Positions 1 through 11,538 of a DNA stretch of 64,000 bases are shown here, one piece after another. The stretch is from Narcine bancroftii. Lineage: Eukaryota. The position numbers were made by a program, and so were the translations under genes. Location: positions 203,856,001-203,920,000 of the forward strand of contig NC_091472.1 of the NCBI RefSeq assembly GCF_036971445.1. Direction: 5' to 3'. Below the pieces are notes generated by a model that saw nothing but the letters and a program-made list of their open reading frames with translations, ran no database searches and was not told the origin of the DNA. Every line of letters starts with the position of its first letter. Positions within the stretch are counted from its first letter, which is position 1.

Positions 1-1105
1 GCAAAGGCGATTTTATGGAAGAAAGGGTATAAATTTATACTAAAGCATCCAGCGGTATTGAAAATATTTATTCCAGGACAACAAAACAGACTATTCTCGG
101 ATCCAGAAGAAGCACGAAAATTTGCAGAACAATTACAAAAATAGACTGAGGGAGGAAGACGGGTAATGAGAGTTAAAATGATCACGATTGATATGTATGC
201 GGGTAAAGAGGTATAAGAGTGAATAGAGACAATGAGCATACATGAATGTATCTGTACTTAGAGGAAAATATAGATAGTATAGACAAGAATTAATAAGGGA
301 AGGTAATGGAATAGAGAGAATAAGGAGGGAATTAAAAGAGTGACCTTTGTGACATGAAAAGTGAAATCTTTTCTGGGGGAGGCGGGGTGGGGGGAAATAG
401 CGGTCACTGCAAAATCAGTTGACGCTTGCGAGTGGATTCGCAAATCCAAATGGAGAGGGGAGATGTGGTTGTCCGACAAGGGATAAAGGACAACTCAGGA
501 GGTGAAGGGGAGATTGGGGATAAATAAGATAGAAATAGGAGAATAAGGAAAATGTTGGATGTTGTAGGAATGTTGTCTTATAAAGAGTTGAAAATAAGAA
601 AACAGAAATGGAAAAGGAGGAAAGGTAATGATGGAAAAACGGAAAGAGAAGATAAACAAAATATAAAAGGGCTACGCTGAACTATATGTCTTTAAATATT
701 AATGGAATACATAACCAAATTAAAAGGAAGAAACTACTAAATTTAAATGAATAAATGTATTCCATTAGAAAAAATAACATATAGGTTAAGAAATAATATT
801 GAAATATTCGAACAAGTATAGGAGCCTTACATTAAATACAATAGCGAAAACCTACCGGGGACAAACATTACCTAAGTTGATGGAAGGAGAAGGAAAGAAA
901 AGAATGGACTCAGTAGAATTTCTGGTGTAATTTTGTTGAATGACAACATTGTCTGACTGGCTTAATGCAACCTAGATTGTATACCTAACATGGATGAGAG
1001 GGGGGGGGTGGGGGGGTGGCTTGGGAGGAGGGGGGGGGAGAAAATAAATAGTGTATATCATGGCTAATGTGATTTATGGTGTGAAAAAAAAAGAGAAAAA
1101 AAAAA
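1..1105 (+). mobile_element. L1-clade LINE, 3' part: ORF1 C-terminus, internally deleted ORF2, 3' UTR and poly(A)
   Basis: 1-144 reads AKAILWKKGYKFILKHPAVLKIFIPGQQNRLFSDPEEARKFAEQLQK*, like an L1 ORF1p C-terminus. ~671-745 reads ATLNYMSLNINGIHNQIKRKKLLNL (APE endonuclease start), followed directly by MNKCIPLEKITYRLRNNIEIFEQV*EPY (ORF2 C-terminal motif). A G-rich tract and an A-rich tail follow at 1085-1105. Confidence 0.75.
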
Positions 1106-1924
1106 GCTGTGCACAGGAACACTGAACTGAGATATACAGTGCTGACACTGGCAATGCAAACTCTAAATCAGTATTGGCTGTGTGACTGCAGAACTGGATG
1201 ATGAGATTGCACACTTTATAGAGGAGGACTGTACTGTCAACATTTGTTGGTGCAGTGAATTATCAGATACAACATCTAAAATGGAAGCCAAGTACCACAA
1301 AATAATGAGATTTATTAAAGGTACAAATAATTTTTACAAACATAATGTAATGCCAAAGGCCAGCAATTCCAGACCAAAATATCAGCATTCTCCCAGTCAT
1401 TATCAGGGTTTTGGGATTCCTGCATGGAAGCACAAATCCAGAATTTGCAGACGGCTCTTGCGATTAAATGTCACCAATTCCATGGACTTTTGAACCCCAC
1501 GAGGGATCCAATAGCTGAAAGTGGCTCACTGCAATTAGTGTGCAGGACTAATCTGATGGAGAAACAGTGCAGAAACAAATCGTTTCAGTGCAGGTCTTGC
1601 TATATTAATAGTTTTAAATGATGTTGTTTTTAAATATTTTTAAATGTCTTTGAATGCTTTACAATGTCAGGAACAGTTCAGAATTTAAAAATTAATACTA
1701 TGCCAACTAGCTAAGCTTCAGGGCATAGTTTACTTACCTGTCAAGGTTTATCCAACTGTTTGGTGGGCAGGATTGGAATATGAAGTTATTACACCGAGCA
1801 AAACTACAGGAATGCAGATAATCAAATGGTATTTTTTTTTTTAAAAAGGGGGAACAAGACCATTTATCAATCAAGATAATGCTGGTATGGAGTATCCTTA
1901 TATTTTAGACATTAAATGTAGCTT

Positions 1925-2488
1925 CAACAAAGTGTATATAGATATATATAGATATGTTATTGGGAGATAAATTGGGAAAGGTTGTCAGAGTAGGTCACAT
2001 ACAAACACTTTAAAACAGATCTTATTTCAAATACTGGAGCTCTGCCCTATAATAGGTAGGGGCAGGTTTAGTCAGCAAGACACTGAAGTAGCTGATTAAA
2101 AAGGAACAACAAATCTCTCTGAAAATCGACAAGAACCTTCCTGAGCGGTAACCATTTATCTTTCAAGGACCAAAGCCTGGTGAACTTTATACATGTTAAA
2201 TTCTGTGAACAGTATAAGAATTGCCTACTACCAGTGAACTTGGAAGAATGAGATGGGAGATTGGACTGTGAACCAAAAAACTTTTCTGAACTTACACACA
2301 CATTACATACACGTGCGCTTAGAATTAGAAGGGAGTTAAGTTAGGTTAGTTATGTCAATAGAGATAAGTTAAAGTTTGATTCTATTTTCATGTTTATAGA
2401 TAATTAAAAGTAACTTTTGTTTAAGTTATCATTTGTCATGGTAAATATCTATTGCTGCTAGGTTTTGTGGACCTCTGGGCTCATAACA
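1925..2488 (+). mobile_element. Solo LTR (same family as 51635-51959)
   Basis: Ends ...ctctgggctcataaCA at 2488. Its sequence is the reverse complement of the TG...CA element at 51635-51959. The 5' boundary is approximate. Confidence 0.65.
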
Positions 2489-2493
2489 ATATC

Positions 2494-2833
2494 CAGTGGT
2501 TCTGAACCTTTCTCTTTTTCACTCATATCCCACTTTAAGTATTCCCTATGCCATCGGTGCTCTGTGATTAGTAAAGGATTGCTTAAGGTGGGATGTGAGT
2601 GGGAAGATAAAGTTTGAAACCCACTGTTTTAATCATCCCTCATTGTCTCGTTATGTGCATGGTTTCATAACTCCAAAGGAAATTGGCCAATGACAATTAT
2701 TCTCAAGCAAAATATTTCATTAATAATTGGGTCTGGAGCAGTGGCCCTTCCCACCCACGTCCCACTTTAAGCAATCCCTTACTAATCACAAAGCGCCGAT
2801 GGCAAAGGGATTATTCAAGTAGGGTGTGTGGGT
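2494..2833. mobile_element. Composite hAT/Charlie-like MITE (palindromic unit plus inverted second copy)
   Basis: CAGTGGTTCTGAACCTT...GTTTGAAACCCACTG inverted termini at 2494-2626. 2745-2833 is an inverted copy of the same unit. Confidence 0.6.
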
Positions 2834-2979
2834 TGTAAGAGAATAAATATTGTAAATTGAAAATAAATAAACCAGCTACAGGAAATAAGAAATACAAAAT
2901 CAGGATGCGGACGCGCTTCAGTCTGACCTGCTGTATGTTTCCAGCATTTCTTGGGATTTTTTTTAAAAATTTACACGAG

Positions 2980-3154
2980 TGTCACATTTGTGGCCCGAAA
3001 TGTGAAGTTAATAACACGACTACCGCAGGTTTTACCAGTTAAATATCTCCGTGTCTTTATTCTCCAGTTTTCATTGTTCCTCCATTTCGCGCTCTTCTCT
3101 CTCATACCATCTGACTTCCGGTCAGGTGAATACATCTCATCCATATTCATTACA
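2980..3154 (-). repeat. 3' LTR of Gypsy element
   Basis: Near-identical to 7427-7613, with the polypurine tract at 3155-3165. Confidence 0.9.
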
Positions 3155-3560
3155 TCCCTCCTTTCACCAGAAATAAACTTTACACCTTAATGTTGAAATG
3201 TAAACACCGTCACCTTATCAATATCCCTCGGAACCAACAATTTCAAACTCCTTCTACACATAATGACATAAACATGTCGTAACCAACTGTAATACAATAA
3301 CTCAACTAAACAAAAATGTACTTCATACAGCACTCATATACGCACTTTATGATACATGATCAAATCACTGTCCCAATGTTCTATTATCATTCCAACTGTC
3401 ACAAACTTTCCCTTTCGTGATAATGCAGGCACAATTAGAAATACGGCACAAAGTCTTCGTATCGTTTAGGTGGTTTCCTGTCTCGTTTCGGCCTTCCTGC
3501 GATGCTATCGTCGCCACTCGGTTGTTCACTCTCAGCGTCAGAAACACTGCTCGCTACGGC

Positions 3561-4991
3561 CTAGGGTGTTTCTGCCACTCTGGTCACTTCATCAGGAATG
3601 CTGGTAACTGCCTCGGGAACATCATCTGGTCCCTCAGGTTGAGCATCTCGTATTGGACTTTCAACCACCTCGCTCGATGTCGCTCTGGACTGGTACCTTT
3701 TTAAAGAAGACACATTTTTTTTGTACAGGACTCCAGCCGGAGACTTGACTGTTAACATACTGCCACTTCTGGATACGACAGTGTAGGGTTGATAGTAATA
3801 AGGTGTGTCTAGCTTACCACCATTCTCTTGCCTCACTAGAACATTATCTCCAGGCATGATGTCTGAGTACCTGGCTCCACGTCTCGAATCTGTGTACAGC
3901 TTTGCTGCTCCTTTCTTTTCAGCATCGTGGTCCCTCATCTCCTGGTTGTCCCTGATTTCCTTTATTTCGGGCATTTTTGTGTGGATTTTCCTCCCGAAAA
4001 GCACTTCTGCAGGACTTTTTCCTGTGGTTGCATGAGGCGTTGCCCGATAGACAGCTTCATTAGATAGCAATGCTTGTCGCCAATTTTGTCCTTCTGCGTG
4101 AGCAATCCGTAATCGTTTTTCAATGGACTGATTTTGTCTCTCTACTTCCCCGTTGGCTTGTGGCCATTTTGGAGTTACTTTATGATGGTGGATACCTGTG
4201 GTCCTCATGTATTCAGCAAATGTCTCTGAAATGAACTGTGGACCATTGTCAGAGTATAGCGTAACAGGCAATCCATATCTTGCGAAGATCTCTGCTAATG
4301 CTTGTATTGTTTTTTCAGTGGTCGTTGACCTCATCACAGCATACTCATAGTATCTGCTGTAGTAATTTATCACTACCATGATTGATTCACCAGTCGGTAA
4401 AGGTCCAAGAAAATCAACAGCTACATCGATCCATGGTCCTGTCGGGAGTTGCGTACTCCGGATCGGCTCTGGAGGATTACTCCTACTTGTGATTTGACAC
4501 CCATGGCAGGTTTTGAAGAGTTTCTCTGCGTCTTTATCACAACCTGGCCACCATACTTTACTCCTGAGGTTTTGCTTAGTACCAACAATACCTAGGTGTC
4601 CTTCATGAGCTAAGGATACGATCTTCGGTCTCAACCTCTGCGGTATCACCAATCTACAACCTCTCAATACACACTGTCCGATGCAACAAAGTTTGTCTCT
4701 AATGGGAATGTAAGCCTTGTGAGTACATTTGTCCCATTGTCCACCCTGGATACATTCTCTCACTTCCATAAGTACTGGGTCATGTTCGGACTCTCTCTCG
4801 ACTTCGTTCGTGGTCACAGCTTTCAGTGTCGACTGAATAACTACGAAGCGTACAAAGCTCTCTGCTTCTGTCCCCAATTCTGACTTGGATTGTGGGCATC
4901 CATCCTTCACCAATCTGGACAGCGGATCAGCAATGTTTGCTTTCCCGGCAATATGAACTACTTTATATTTGTAGGGTTGGAGTCGGAGCAC
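3561..4991 (-). pseudogene. Gypsy pol: RNase H end plus integrase (HHCC zinc finger, DDE core)
   Basis: AHEGHLG...CHGC, VDFLGPLP, SDNGPQF, PQANGEVER. Separated from the RT ORF only by an in-frame TGA (ARIE*WVLRLQ), probably CGA>TGA. Confidence 0.9.
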
Positions 4992-4994
4992 CCA

Positions 4995-6245
4995 TCACTC
5001 TATTCTGGCACACAGTTTGGATCTAGCGGCATAGATCACCTCTAATGGCTTATGATCTGTGATGAGTTCAAATTCAATGCCATACAAATATGCATGGAAC
5101 CTATCACAGGCCCATACAAGTCCGAGTGCTTCTTTCTCTGTCTGAGAATATCTCCTTTCCACATCTGACAACGATCTGCTGGTGTAGGCAATGATTCTTG
5201 GTCCTACATCATGCATCTGGACCAACATGGCTCCTAAACCAACAGGACTAGCATCCGCTATGACTTTGGTTGGTGCATCCGGATCATAATATCCAAGAGT
5301 ATCAGCGTCCGTCAGACTTTGCTTCAGCGCTGTGAACGCTTTCTTCTGCTCAGATCCAAAATGGAATAGTACACCTTTCCTGGTTAGTTTCCTTAGTGGT
5401 TCTGCCACTGTAGCAAAGTTAGAGATGAACTTTGCGCAATAATTGACCAATCCCAGGAAACTCCTCACCTCCGTTGCGTTCTGGGGTGCACGTGCATCTG
5501 CAATAGCCTTCACCTTGGCCTCTGCTGGGTTTAGTCCTTCCCGTGTAAGTCTGTGTCCCATGAAGTCCATTTCTGACACACCGAACTGGCACTTGTTTCC
5601 ATTCACGGTAAGGCCTGCCTCCTGTAGTCTAGATAGTACACGCCTCAACCGTCTGTCATGCTCTTCTTTTGTAGGCGCATGAACTATGATGTCGTCAGAA
5701 ATGTTGGCAACTCCAGGAACGCCTTGAATCACTCGATGGATTTCATACTGGTAGATCTCAGAAGCTGCATTAATGCCCAACGATAGTCTCTTGTATCGGT
5801 ACAATCCACAGTGAGTCATAAATTTTGTTACATCTCTAGATTCTGGGTCCAGCTCTAATTGATGATAGCCCCATTTTAAATCAATTTTTGAGAATATTTT
5901 ACTGGTAGTTAACTCCTGAAGTATTTCCTCGACTGTTGGTATAGGGTGTCGTTCTCGAATTATAGCTTCATTGGCCATCCTCATATCAACACACAGTCTT
6001 ATGTTGCCATTTGGTTTGGGCACAATCACTACTGGGCTGACCCATTGTGTCGAATGTTCCACAGGTTCAATAATGTCTTGCGCGATCAACTCTTTAATTT
6101 TGGCTTCAACTCTCCCACGAAGTCCAAACGGAGTTCTGCGCACTGGTTGCGCCTTGGGTTTGACCATTTTGTCCACCGCTAGCTTTAGTTGTCGACCTTT
6201 CAGCTTTCCTACTCCCTGGAAAACTGCGGGGAATTCTTGCTTCAT
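4995..6245 (-). pseudogene. Gypsy pol: reverse transcriptase plus RNase H
   Basis: RLCVDMR, FSKIDLKWGYHQLEL, NISDDII, FLGLVNY, DASPVGLGA, YSQTEKEAL, TDHKPL motifs. Confidence 0.9.
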
Positions 6246-6299
6246 ATCCTCGTATGACTGAACTGAATTGACACGAGCTCCAATATGAAGTATTGCCAG

Positions 6300-7329
6300 G
6301 TCTTGCGCTGCCTGAGTCTACAATGACCTGAACCGTCACACCACCAATTATCACTGGGACCTTCTCATGATGTACATCATTCAATGTAAATTGATAGTAT
6401 CTCGGTCCATCCTGGTTATCATCATCATCGTCACTTTCTGGGACACCGTCTATATGGCGAATAGTGTCTTTCTTTCCAGGATACTTTCCTTTCCCCCAAG
6501 CTTTGCCTTTGGAAGCTGTGTTCTTCCCCTTCTGGTCTGCATTGGACTTGCTTTTGCACTTCTTTGCAAAGTGGTCTTTACCTCCGCACTTTCTGCAAAC
6601 TTTGTCTTTTGCTGGGCAGCATGGGTCTTTTCCAAAATGACCTCTGTTTCCACATCGAAAACACTCCACGTCATGTGTCAACGTATATCTTGGCTGGTTA
6701 TGGCAATGCGAGAGCCTCTTTAACTTGCTGGCTTGAGTTGTCCTTCAGGGTCATGGTATGAAATTGCCCCTCAACAGCCTCTAATGCAGCAGCAATGGCT
6801 AAAGCATCGGTGAGCTTCAACTCAGTCCCTTTTTCCAGCAGACGTCTCCTGAGCTTGTCTGATCTGCAGTGCTGCACGACTTGATCCAATAATTGGTTGT
6901 CCAAATCAGCTGCCATGTAATTGCATCCAACAGCCAGCTGTCGCAATCTCGTCACGTACTGAGCAATCGTTTCTCCATTTTCTTGTTTCGTTCTCCGAAA
7001 CAAATGGCGTTGAAATGTAGCATTCGGTGTCACTACATAGTGTGCATTCAATGCATCGACGGCTTTCTGGTATTCATCCTTCCTTCCTGTATTCAAAAGT
7101 GTCTTAAAAGTTTCCCGAACTGCGGGTCCTGCGGTGAAAAGAAGTAACGCTCTCCTCTGCTCTTTTTGTTCCACCGTACCGCTATCGAGAAATAGGCCAC
7201 GACTGTCGGCGTAGGCTTCAAATTCTTCCAGCCATGCCTTCCACTTCATACTCACAGTGCTTGCATCACCCGTCGGGTCAAAATGAGGAACACCTCGAAG
7301 TGTTAGAAAGTCAGCTTCTGCGCCTGCAT
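6300..7329 (-). pseudogene. Gypsy gag (two Cys/His knuckles) and truncated protease, frameshifted
   Basis: ORF 7255-6698 is gag-like. ORF 6681-6106 has CFRCGNRGH...C and CRKCGGKDHFAKKC, then VIVDSG (protease active site) followed by an internal deletion. Confidence 0.8.
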
Positions 7330-7426
7330 TGAGGAAACTTTTTCAGCCCAAAGCCACTGATTCAAAAATCAAAATGCTTATCACATTGAAGTTCCAAAAT
7401 GTTGTTGTTTTAATCCTCGTCGCCAA

Positions 7427-7613
7427 TGTCACATTTGTGGACCGAAATGTGAAGCTAATAACATTACTACCGCAGGTTTTACCAGTTAAATATCTCCATG
7501 TCTTTATTCTCCAGTTTTCATTGTTCCTCCATTTCGCGCTCTTCTCTCTCTCTCTCATACCATCTGACTTCCGGTCCGGTGAATACATCTCATGCATATT
7601 CATTATCATGACA
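7427..7613 (-). repeat. 5' LTR of Gypsy element
   Basis: Direct repeat of 2980-3154, adjacent to the PBS and to the TSD ACGAG. Confidence 0.9.
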
Positions 7614-7834
7614 ACGAGATCTTCACCCGACCAAAATTGCTTGGTCGATGCGAGTCATGGATGCACACCAACCTGAAAAGAAATTTAAGACCTAAAACTT
7701 ATCAAACGTAGAAACGTTTTTTTTGTGTGTGTGATCATGGTGGTGGGGGGGGGGGTAAGATCATTTAAAATTATCGCTGAACAAGACAAATATCAGAACC
7801 CACTCGTGCGTTGTGTAGCGCAAGCGACACTCAC

Positions 7835-7858
7835 CCTCCAGAATTCAGTGCTCGCCAT
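7835..7858 (-). CDS. C22orf39: C22orf39 (PANTS) first coding exon, MASTEFWR
   Basis: aggATGG Kozak, 8 codons, then a perfect AGG|GTGAGT donor in a CpG-rich region. Matches the 8-aa human first exon (MADGSGWQ) and the syntenic position downstream of UFD1 on the same strand. The remaining exons were not found in the window. Confidence 0.7.
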
Positions 7859-7899
7859 CCTCGCTCTTGTCTGCAGAGCCGCCACCAGGACCTTCGCAG

Positions 7900-8080
7900 C
7901 CAATCACCGAGAGAACCGAAGCACGTGCTTCCTTTTGGAACGAAGCTTGACCAATGGGCGTCCTGGTCCCGCCCGCTACATCGTCACCCGAATTGAAACA
8001 TGAGCAGAGTCCACCAATCGGGGCGAGGGTGATTGCGGTCAATGGGGAGGGGCCGGCAGTACTGAAACTTCCCGCGTAAA
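7900..8080 (-). promoter_or_regulatory. CpG-rich promoter of C22orf39 with CCAAT boxes, GC box and E2F-like site
   Basis: CCAAT at ~7951 and ~8014, CCCGCCC at ~7967 and TTCCCGCG at ~8069, immediately upstream of the exon. Confidence 0.6.
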
Positions 8081-8339
8081 CCTCCAGAGCAGTGACATCC
8101 ACCGTGAACAGGCAGTCTTGCTGGAGGAACTCAGTGAACCTGGTCAGACAGAAATATCCACGAGCAGAAATATGGTCAGTCAACCTTTCGGGTCTGAACT
8201 CTTTATAAGTGGCGATTTCGCCCCTTGCCCGTAAAGGATTCAGACCCTTAACGTTGACTGACACTCTACCCATGGATGCTATCTAGCCTGCTGAGCCCTC
8301 CAGCGATGTTTTGTCTTAATTTTTTTATTTCTTTTTTAA

Positions 8340-8560
8340 ATTTAGACATACGGCATGGCAACACCCCATTTCGGCCCATACATCCAACACCCAATTTACA
8401 ACCTACGGTGGGAGGAAATCGGAGCCCCCGGGGAAAACCCACGCAGACGCAGGGAGAACAAATAAATTCCTTACAGACAGCACCAGATTCGAACCCCGGT
8501 ACTAGTCGCTGGTGCTATAAAGGAGGTGCGCTAACCGCTATGCCAATTGGGCCGCCCAAT
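8340..8560 (-). mobile_element. tRNA-derived SINE
   Basis: Reverse complement of the GGCGGC..GGTTAGCG...GGGTTCGAATC (A/B box) SINE family that recurs in the window. Confidence 0.65.
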
Positions 8561-9088
8561 CATGGCATCCCATGCTTCTCAAGAATCCAGTACCTATGTG
8601 TTTTTTCATACCAAGAGAACTAGGTAGAGTGTTGTCAGAAAACCATCCAAACAAGAAGGATTTTGTGCATGGGGTCGGGAACCACTGGTTTAGAGAGAGA
8701 CAGTATGTGTCAAACACAGGGAAATGGAAATAGCTCAGGTGGGCAACCTGGTCAACATGAACAAGTTGGGTTAAGGGTCTGTTTCCTTCCTGGAATACTC
8801 TGGGACTCCAGGTGAGCAGATGACCTGGACATGGGAAGGATCAGTAATAGGATGCTAAAAACAGCAGTGTAAAAAATACTCACTTGTACATTGTTCCTGG
8901 CCTAACCTACCTTTTTTTTAATAGATGAAAGCTGTTCATACCAGGAGCAGGGTAGAACCTCACTGAAATATTCGGACCTCTCCTGCACCACCCTTGAATA
9001 CTGTGAATACAGTTGGAATCCTTTCAGCCAAATGGACATTATTTTGCATTTTGGTTTCTTTATGGTACTGTTTAGTCAATTATTGATG

Positions 9089-9520
9089 CACTTCTCCGTG
9101 GATTGCCATCTTGTCGTGGTGGAGAAGTTTGTGTGATCCTGAGAGCGATGCCGCCTGGAGCCGTGCTCCTGGTAGGGCTACTCAAGGCGGTAAGGTTGAG
9201 GGTGAGGTCCCTGGCAAAGAACAATCCATCCAAGACCTCAACGATGGGACAGGCAGACGAAGTAACTCTGAACTCAATGGCTATGAAGGCTGCAACAAAT
9301 CCATCAGCCCCAAACGTCATGGTTTCCAAGCCATTGGAATTAGTTGGTGATTTGTGAAGTATCATGTGCTTCTTGAAGTGCAAACATCAAGCACACATTA
9401 GTCTGCGCTCAGTGGGCCACATTCCAAGATTGGACCATAAGCCACTTGAGAGACCATAGGAACGAAGACCACCATCCTTGATCTCGAAGATTAGCCACGA
9501 TAATGATGATCAATGCAAAG
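9089..9520 (+). mobile_element. Probable RTE-clade LINE 5' region or derived non-autonomous element, strongly structured
   Basis: Resembles recalled RTE 5' UTR sequence (gatgccg.ctggagc...ctcctggtaggg...). Several nested stems are visible. Confidence 0.4.
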
Positions 9521-10434
9521 AATCTTTGTGGTTTTCAATTTTCTTTGATTCAGCATCTTAAATGCAATTTGTTTAGAATCCAGAGTTCACTTTTTTCCAC
9601 CTACTATCAATGAAATTACAATTAAATCATGATCCATAACCATATTAAAATGTGTGTCAATTTAGGATGAGTGTGAATCAAAAATTGGTTTATTTCATGT
9701 GAAATATAGTTTTTTGATCATGAGGTGTATCATTTGCAGCAAGCTAAGTGCCTACGATATCAGTAATCTAAGTAAATGAATATTAACTAATACTAAGCTA
9801 ATTATCCCTGCATCAACCAGTTGAGTTCATTAACCTTTTTTTGTGACTAATGGAGGATGAAAAAGGCCAAGTCTAAAGGTTCCTCCCATTATTAAAAGGG
9901 CTCACTGAGCTGTCAATCATCAGTTCCCTTAGATTCATACAGAGGTTGGTAAACATTGAATGAAGTGGCAACAATCAAAGTCGCAATGGACTTCAAGAAA
10001 GGCGGCCCTTGGATAATCAACACGTAGCTTGGATTCGACTTCTATCTGTCCAAAAAAAATTTTGCAGATCGTGTTGCACCTAGTTAGTAATAACTACTGG
10101 AAACAGCTTTCATCCACAGTCGATCAGTTGGAAACTCAAGAGATAGTTGTTGCAATTGTTATTTTTTCCATTTTGTTATTATTCGGAGCTAACACAGCCA
10201 GCCTATTGCAGTTTCCATGCTATCTACACATCAATATGCCTTTTAAGTCACAGAGGATATCACTCCTCACAACTACTTTGTCTTCAGGAACCATCAAAAT
10301 GCTGCTTTGGTTGCCAGAGTCGTGTACAGGATAAAGCCGATGGTAGTTATATTTTTTTCACTTCAATTGCCCTCCTTGCTACCAATAACCCTATTTGAAG
10401 TAAATTTGAATCTGCTTCCAACATAGCTCAATGT

Positions 10435-10815
10435 GATGTGGATTTTGGAGGGTCGCGTGACCTCTCCATCTGAAACCTGGTGGGAATGTGGATGGTGGAG
10501 GGTCACATGGCCAGTCCGTCTGGAACCTGGTGGGAGTGGGGATTGTGGAGGGTTATGTGACCTCTGTCTGGAATCTGGTGGGAATGTCGATTGTGAATGG
10601 TCACGTGGCATCTCCGTCTGGAACCTTGCGGGAGTGTGGAGGGTCACGTGGCCTCTCCGTCTGGAACCCAGTGGGAGTGTGGATTGTGGAGGGTCATGTG
10701 GCATCTCCTTCTGGAACCTGGTGGGGTTGTGGATTGTGGAGGGTCATGTGGCCTCTCCATCTGGAACCTGGTGGGGTGTGGATTGTGGAGGGTCACATGA
10801 CCTCTCTGGAACCTG
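10435..10815. repeat. ~50-bp minisatellite, about 7-8 copies
   Basis: Unit GGATTGTGGAGGGTCAYRTGGCMTCTCCRTCTGGAACCTGGTGGGRKTGT repeated head-to-tail (e.g. starts at 10681 and 10731). Confidence 0.9.
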
Positions 10816-11159
10816 GTTGGAAGTCACATCACCTGCCAATCAAGGTTGGACTCTACCTACCCATTAGTTTACACCTGACCACTGGCCCCTTTTAATCACC
10901 TTGTGATTACTTGTGCCGGACCCTCCTTACTGTACCGTAAAGCCCACCACGTGTAGTAGCTCAGCATCTGTTGCTCTTAGGCCCTGAGATGAACCCTGCA
11001 GTGGACAATGCTGAAGCAGTCATTTGTAAGGTGAGCACTACAGGTTGTACTGTTGTACCTGTAGTTGTAGTTAGTATCTGAGCCATGCCCATGTTAGGCA
11101 AAGAATGGCATGTAATGTATTGTAGTCCTTGGTTCTGATAAGTCAGTGTAAAGAGTTGT

Positions 11160-11400
11160 TAGTATCGGTCGTGTTAAGCCCAATGTGACTGGGTTGTATT
11201 GTGTTTGTGAGAGTGTAAATAGTTACTGGTATTGGTCGTGTTAAGCCCGACGTGACTGCGTTGTACTGTGTTTGTGAGAGTGTAAACAATTACTGGTATC
11301 AGTCGTGTTAAGCCCAATGTGACTGGGTTGGACTGTGTTTGATGTAAACAGTTACTGGTATCGGTTGTGTTAACCCCGATGCAACTGGTTGTACTGTGTT
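11160..11400. repeat. ~67-bp minisatellite, about 4 copies
   Basis: GTCGTGTTAAGCCC recurs at 11168, 11235 and 11302, with a degenerate copy at ~11364. Confidence 0.85.
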
Positions 11401-11538
11401 GCGATCCCCTTGCGTGTGTTTCAATAAAGATAATTTTTGCATTCAGTCTGTGACCAGACCCACTATTCTTTGAACCCACCAAGCTTCTCCTCTCCCACAC
11501 AACACTCACACTGTTCTCCAGATTGTGACAATCTAGAG

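Larger units (their letters stand above)
2980..7613 (-). mobile_element. Gypsy LTR retrotransposon, near full length (gag-pro-RT-RH-IN), inactivated
   Basis: Direct LTRs at 2980-3154 and 7427-7613 (TG...CA). 5-bp TSD ACGAG at 2975-2979 and 7614-7618. PBS TGGCGACGAGG lies next to the 5' LTR and PPT GAAAGGAGGGA next to the 3' LTR. Domains are in Gypsy order. Confidence 0.95.
10432..11504 (+). mobile_element. Solo LTR containing internal tandem repeats
   Basis: TGTG...AACA termini, flanks CTCAA/CTCAC (imperfect TSD), AATAAA at ~11423, and two internal minisatellites. Confidence 0.6.

Noticed and set aside
3561-6245. Domesticated Gypsy-derived gene
   Set aside because: LTRs and TSD are still present, and pol has a stop and a protease deletion, which fits a recent dead insertion.
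10435-10815. CRISPR-like array
   Set aside because: Units are contiguous tandem copies without unique spacers, in eukaryotic DNA with no cas genes. It is a minisatellite inside an LTR.
10363-10895. Overlapping 113-144 aa ORFs
   Set aside because: Repetitive peptides produced by the minisatellite.
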